20,000 bases of DNA, from the IMG/VR virus record IMGVR_UViG_3300037067_009972; one strand, written 5' to 3'. The notes beneath the pieces were generated by a model, which was not told the DNA's origin, searched no databases, and saw nothing but the letters and a program-made list of their open reading frames with translations. The translations under genes were made by a program, and so were the position numbers. This DNA comes from an uncultured virus (IMG/VR IMGVR_UViG_3300037067_009972) (lineage: Duplodnaviria; Heunggongvirae; Uroviricota; Caudoviricetes). Numbering within the stretch: position 1 is the first letter of the stretch; every line of letters begins with the position of its first letter. Positions 16,549 through 20,000 of the stretch are shown one piece after another.

Positions 16549-17154
16549 ATGGCTAATCTTCCACTAGTACCCGTTCAAATGGTTGCCCGTATAAGTGCAT
16601 TCAGTAGAGTGCATGATTTAAAGCGGACTGAATTAACAAAAGCTGGATTAACAAATGTGTATTCGTCCCAGGATAAACGGCACATTATTGTTGTGTTGAA
16701 AGATCGTGTAAAACCGGGTTCCGAAAAAAGAAAGATTTGCCCGCAGGTTAGGGGCGCCGCCATTCATGTTCAAGCGAACGAATGTGGGCCTTTCGACAAA
16801 ATTTCTGGGTCGTACGCTCAAGTAGTATGTGACATTGACGGTCACCCGTTGAAACCGGTGTTGGACTTCGCAAAATTAAAAGGCGGATTCGTGGCACATG
16901 GTGGGCATCGAGCGATTTTTGATGCACCATCGTTAGTAGTACTAAAGGGATACCAAGATCAACAAAAAGTTTCAATCAGTAACCTTACCCCATTTGTACT
17001 AGGCGATGAAGCGTGGATCAGTGATGATGTTATTGTCATGGTCGACGCGGGCGACGAATTGCCTGAGCAATTCAGTAAATACAACGATGCATATCTCGCG
17101 TTATTAACACGACTTCGCGCTGTTGCTACTACAGAGTTACACTACGCATTGTAA
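16549..17154 (+). CDS. Hypothetical protein
   Basis: 201 aa, strong SD TAAGGAG, followed by a terminator; monocistronic unit. Confidence 0.8.
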   Translation: MANLPLVPVQMVARISAFSRVHDLKRTELTKAGLTNVYSSQDKRHIIVVLKDRVKPGSEKRKICPQVRGAAIHVQANECGPFDKISGSYAQVVCDIDGHPLKPVLDFAKLKGGFVAHGGHRAIFDAPSLVVLKGYQDQQKVSISNLTPFVLGDEAWISDDVIVMVDAGDELPEQFSKYNDAYLALLTRLRAVATTELHYAL

Positions 17155-17161
17155 GCAAAGG

Positions 17162-17188
17162 GTGCCTATATTTATAGGCACTTTTTTT
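17162..17188 (+). terminator. Rho-independent terminator
   Basis: GTGCCTAT-ATTT-ATAGGCAC-TTTTTTT directly after the 201-aa gene. Confidence 0.8.
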
Positions 17189-17193
17189 AATAT

Positions 17194-17207
17194 ATTGGGG
17201 TATAAGA
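17194..17207 (+). promoter_or_regulatory. Repeated promoter-like motif ATTGnGGTATAAGA, copy 2
   Basis: ATTGGGGTATAAGA right after the terminator, upstream of an ORF-less structured segment. Confidence 0.5.
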
Positions 17208-17211
17208 ATAG

Positions 17212-17345
17212 ATAGAAAACCTTTATCAATCAATATTGGAGAGAAGGGGTTTAGTTGTTAATGCGTTTGCCTTGAGGCAGGAGGCTCTCCTACCTGCGTC
17301 GAGGGTTTTCAATCCGAGGTTCTCCCCAACTTCGGATTGTTTTTT
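17212..17345 (+). ncRNA. Candidate small structured RNA (about 130 nt)
   Basis: ORF-less and GC-richer than flanks. GAAAACCTTT (17215-24) pairs with GAGGGTTTTC (17301-10); internal hairpins; terminal hairpin AATCCGAGGTT-CTCCCC-AACTTCGGATT plus T-tract. Confidence 0.4.
17310..17345 (+). terminator. Terminator-like hairpin (possibly bidirectional)
   Basis: CAATCCGAGGTT-CTCCCC-AACTTCGGATTG then TTTTTT; abuts the stop of the convergent HNH gene. Confidence 0.65.
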
Positions 17346-17850
17346 ATCGTTTTAGACGCTTAGAAGACTTATCAACCCCAAATAGTTTTTGACCAAGGCC
17401 TATGTCTGGATACAACGGTGCCATAATCGGGGGTTGCGGATTATTTTTATGCAACTGCGCTAAACGTATAATTTCGTCTTGTCGGAATCTTAACACAGTT
17501 AAAAATTCCGGAAGAGTCCTTAACCCTTTTAAGGAATTACAACTAGGGCAAATTATATTTAAATTATCAGTATTGTGTATATTGCCTGTATACTGTTTAT
17601 AGAATGATCTCGGTACTTTATGGTCAATCGTCAGGGCATCCCAATTCATCGGCATACCGCAGGTCTCGCAGGCTATAAAATTGCCCGGAAGTAAAAGTCT
17701 TTTCAGACGAGTATAGAGCCATTCTTCGGTTATATTACTATGACCGTTACGTTTTGCGATATCATCGGAAAAACGTTTTATTTTATTTTTAACCAGGGTT
17801 TTCAATGAAAAGCGAAAACCATTACCTTGTGGTTGAATTAGTTTACCCAT
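17344..17850 (-). CDS. HNH endonuclease
   Basis: CETCG..LTIDHKVPRS..NLNIICPSCNSLKG (CxxC-DH-N-CxxCN). Confidence 0.88.
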   Translation of the reverse strand: MGKLIQPQGNGFRFSLKTLVKNKIKRFSDDIAKRNGHSNITEEWLYTRLKRLLLPGNFIACETCGMPMNWDALTIDHKVPRSFYKQYTGNIHNTDNLNIICPSCNSLKGLRTLPEFLTVLRFRQDEIIRLAQLHKNNPQPPIMAPLYPDIGLGQKLFGVDKSSKRLKR

Positions 17851-18257
17851 GTACCTCTATTTATTGTGGTTAATTCTGGTGTGACATACGTATAGTGATA
17901 CATATTTTTTACTTGTGTAATAGCTGTAGATTTTTCTATCTCTTCTTCTTCTGTCCTTGGAAACCGAATTTCTATATATGATGTCTCGTCTCTCGCTTCG
18001 TACCAGGTAGTCAACATTCTAGGGGTAAGTTGTCGTAATATATCTTCCGACTGACCCAACAATATAAACTGTGCTGGGAGTTCATCTGTAACGTACTCAG
18101 TTGCTTCTCGACTAGTTAATAATCTAGATCTATTGGTCAAAAGATTATGTGCAATAAATACACGGCCGCAAAATAAAGTGTTTAATACAAGTAATAAATC
18201 CTTAGTTAAAAAAGAAGCGTTGGTGCAGGTTACAGAAGAGTGTATGTTTAAAGCCAT
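17838..18257 (-). CDS. Hypothetical protein
   Basis: 139 aa, SD AAGGA, overlaps neighbours by a few nt. Confidence 0.6.
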   Translation of the reverse strand: MALNIHSSVTCTNASFLTKDLLLVLNTLFCGRVFIAHNLLTNRSRLLTSREATEYVTDELPAQFILLGQSEDILRQLTPRMLTTWYEARDETSYIEIRFPRTEEEEIEKSTAITQVKNMYHYTYVTPELTTINRGTWVN

Positions 18258-18529
18258 AAAAGTGTGTATTCCTTATCTATTAAAAAAACTGACGGGCAGT
18301 GTGCTTTTTCATAATTTGCCCAAAACGCAAGAAGAATCATTTCAGCTTCATGTTCATTCAATTTATCTGTTCTATCTCTGATTGAATTCTTTACATACAA
18401 TGCTTTGTTTTGATCTCGATATAAAGCACGTATATGTTGGATTGCTGCATGAAACGCAAAAGAAGTAGTTAATAAATCAAGATCGTCTACTGTAGTTAAA
18501 GTTTTACATGTGCTTGTTATGGTGTGCAT
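18248..18529 (-). CDS. Hypothetical protein
   Basis: 93 aa, first gene of a short minus-strand operon ending in the HNH gene. Confidence 0.55.
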   Translation of the reverse strand: MHTITSTCKTLTTVDDLDLLTTSFAFHAAIQHIRALYRDQNKALYVKNSIRDRTDKLNEHEAEMILLAFWANYEKAHCPSVFLIDKEYTLLWL

Positions 18530-18583
18530 TATATTAATATACGTATTTTTTTTATCAAAAGCAACTTTAAAAGGAGATATAAT

Positions 18584-18673
18584 ATGTTTGTAAAAGAAGT
18601 AACACTAAAGCGAAATGGCGTGAGTTCCCGCCTTATTCGTTATGTGCTCCCGGGAATCATATGGAAAGATTAG
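18584..18673 (+). CDS. 29-aa small ORF with strong SD
   Basis: AAGGAG 18571-76, ATG 18584; MFVKEVTLKRNGVSSRLIRYVLPGIIWKD*; overlaps the thioredoxin-like start. Confidence 0.45.
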   Translation: MFVKEVTLKRNGVSSRLIRYVLPGIIWKD

Positions 18674-19032
18674 ACAATAACTCGTTTAATGAAAAAGTAA
18701 TAAATTTCGATAATAAGGATTTTGCATATCGAGGTATTGTTCCTACGATTGTTTTATTTAGCGCTGAAGGAGAGTACTTCAATAAAATGCAGGAATTCTT
18801 TAATAGTATTGAAAAATTATATGCAGGTAATGCACATTTTTATTTTGTAGATGTTAATGACCAACCTGAATTGGCGGTTAAATTGGGTATACGTGCAGTA
18901 CCTACCACCATGATATTTCCGGTAAAATCAGAACCCGTTGTTCTCTCGGGGTTAATTAACACACAAGAAGGACTAGAAAAAATATTAATAAAATTTTTAA
19001 AACTTCCTATGGTGGCAATATGCAATGGATAG
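18661..19032 (+). CDS. Thioredoxin-fold protein lacking the CxxC active site
   Basis: PTIVLFSA....., FYFVDVNDQPELAVKLGIRAVPTTMIF (cis-Pro loop) are thioredoxin-like; WCGPC replaced by EGEYF. Confidence 0.75.
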   Translation: MERLDNNSFNEKVINFDNKDFAYRGIVPTIVLFSAEGEYFNKMQEFFNSIEKLYAGNAHFYFVDVNDQPELAVKLGIRAVPTTMIFPVKSEPVVLSGLINTQEGLEKILIKFLKLPMVAICNG

Positions 19033-19223
19033 GTGGATTAACAGATAAAAAGAAAGACGAATTAAAACGTAACTGGCATCAACACTTTGCGTGGTATCCG
19101 GTTTGTTGCGGTGTTACTGCAGACAACTGTAAAATATATGCTTGGTTGGAATATGTTAATCGAAAAGGCACCTATTATGCATCATTTTTAGGCAGTAATT
19201 GGGATTGGGAGTATAAACTATGA
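19020..19223 (+). CDS. Small Trp-rich hypothetical phage protein
   Basis: 67 aa; WHQHFAWYPV..AWLEYV.RK motif; overlapping start/stop. Confidence 0.65.
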   Translation: MQWIGGLTDKKKDELKRNWHQHFAWYPVCCGVTADNCKIYAWLEYVNRKGTYYASFLGSNWDWEYKL

Positions 19224-19573
19224 TTAATTTAGAATATGAAATAACTAAATCTCGTGTAAGGTTCTGGGAAGTAATAGGTTTCATTAGTGCATTTCTCACG
19301 CTTGGTCTTACATTTAACTATTATTATGCGTTTTTCTTCGAAAGAAAGGCCTGGTATTTACGGAAAAACTTATTAGAGTATATACTGGATAATCCGTTAA
19401 AATGTGGACAAAGTCAATGGAATATCGGACCATATCACTTATATACGTTCAGTAATACGTATGGATTATTTAAAGGCGAAACCTGTATACTATGTAGAAG
19501 TATTGCAACAGCCGGACCAGATCTTAAACGATGCCAAAAGCTTTTTAAACTTATAAAGGAAGCATCCAAATGA
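19220..19573 (+). CDS. Hypothetical membrane protein
   Basis: 117 aa; N-terminal TM segment VIGFISAFLTLGLTFNYYYAFFF; ATGA overlaps. Confidence 0.65.
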   Translation: MINLEYEITKSRVRFWEVIGFISAFLTLGLTFNYYYAFFFERKAWYLRKNLLEYILDNPLKCGQSQWNIGPYHLYTFSNTYGLFKGETCILCRSIATAGPDLKRCQKLFKLIKEASK

Positions 19574-19830
19574 TTTATTTAATTTATTTTATCGGATTTT
19601 TTATTACCGGAATTATCGCCTATAAGCAATATGTAAATGCAGTTCATTGCCCGAATCCCGATAATGCACGCGCACGTAATCATGCGACAATGCGTGCGGT
19701 TATATGGCCTATTTATAGTGTTTATTATATTTGGTGTTTGCTAGGGTATATTATAGAATTTCTAGCAAAACCATATCCTGATAAAGATAGCAGATCTTTT
19801 TATGAAGGTAAAACAGAAAAATCAAGATAG
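19570..19830 (+). CDS. Small two-TM membrane protein
   Basis: 86 aa; MIYLIYFIGFFITGIIAY and AVIWPIYSVYYIWCLLGYII (WP motif). Confidence 0.65.
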   Translation: MIYLIYFIGFFITGIIAYKQYVNAVHCPNPDNARARNHATMRAVIWPIYSVYYIWCLLGYIIEFLAKPYPDKDSRSFYEGKTEKSR

Positions 19831-20000
19831 GCCCTAAAAATATTGAATAAAAAATATCAGAAATCAATCAGACCATATATAGGTATAAAAATTATAGAAA
19901 TAAAAATTTGGTGGGAACCTGTTGACTTTGATTCCTCACCTTAACTGACTCGTACACACAAACTACCCTGGAATCACGGGTTGAGGCTCATTTATGTCCA

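Noticed and set aside
14903..19025. Short ORFs 14903-15136, 16575-16763, 16648-16845, 16748-16975, 17402-17602, 18133-18381, 18840-19025
   Set aside because: Antisense to longer genes that have SD or motif support.
1..20000. CRISPR array, tRNA genes, integrase/att site, diversity-generating retroelement
   Set aside because: No regularly spaced repeats, tRNA cloverleaf/T-loop signature, recombinase or reverse transcriptase motifs seen by eye.

Overview
AT-rich, gene-dense segment of a large tailed dsDNA bacteriophage (Caudoviricetes) using the standard genetic code, with sigma70-type promoters and AGGAG Shine-Dalgarno sites. Positions 1-16416 form one minus-strand late/morphogenesis region. 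In transcription order it holds: an HTH-like protein, a 300-aa hypothetical protein, a cassette of small putative virion-cargo genes (Pol-beta-type nucleotidyltransferase, HD/DUF5662-like, DUF5661-like, basic helical proteins), a gpA-type terminase large subunit, two Gly/Ala-rich membrane-segment proteins, an HK97-type prohead protease interrupted by a LAGLIDADG intein and extended by a long hydrophobic C-terminus, five small proteins (four scaffold-like, one membrane-anchored), a capsid decoration protein, the major capsid protein, and further virion genes including an Asp-box protein. The right end (16549-20000) is accessory: HNH endonuclease, a thioredoxin-fold protein lacking CxxC, small membrane proteins and structured intergenic regions. 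The most striking unexplained pattern is a head-assembly module whose proteins are enriched in a K-x-A motif (candidate protease cleavage/encapsidation tag) and carry glycine-zipper membrane segments, with no recognisable portal gene next to the terminase. All family calls come from motif recognition by eye, not database searches.
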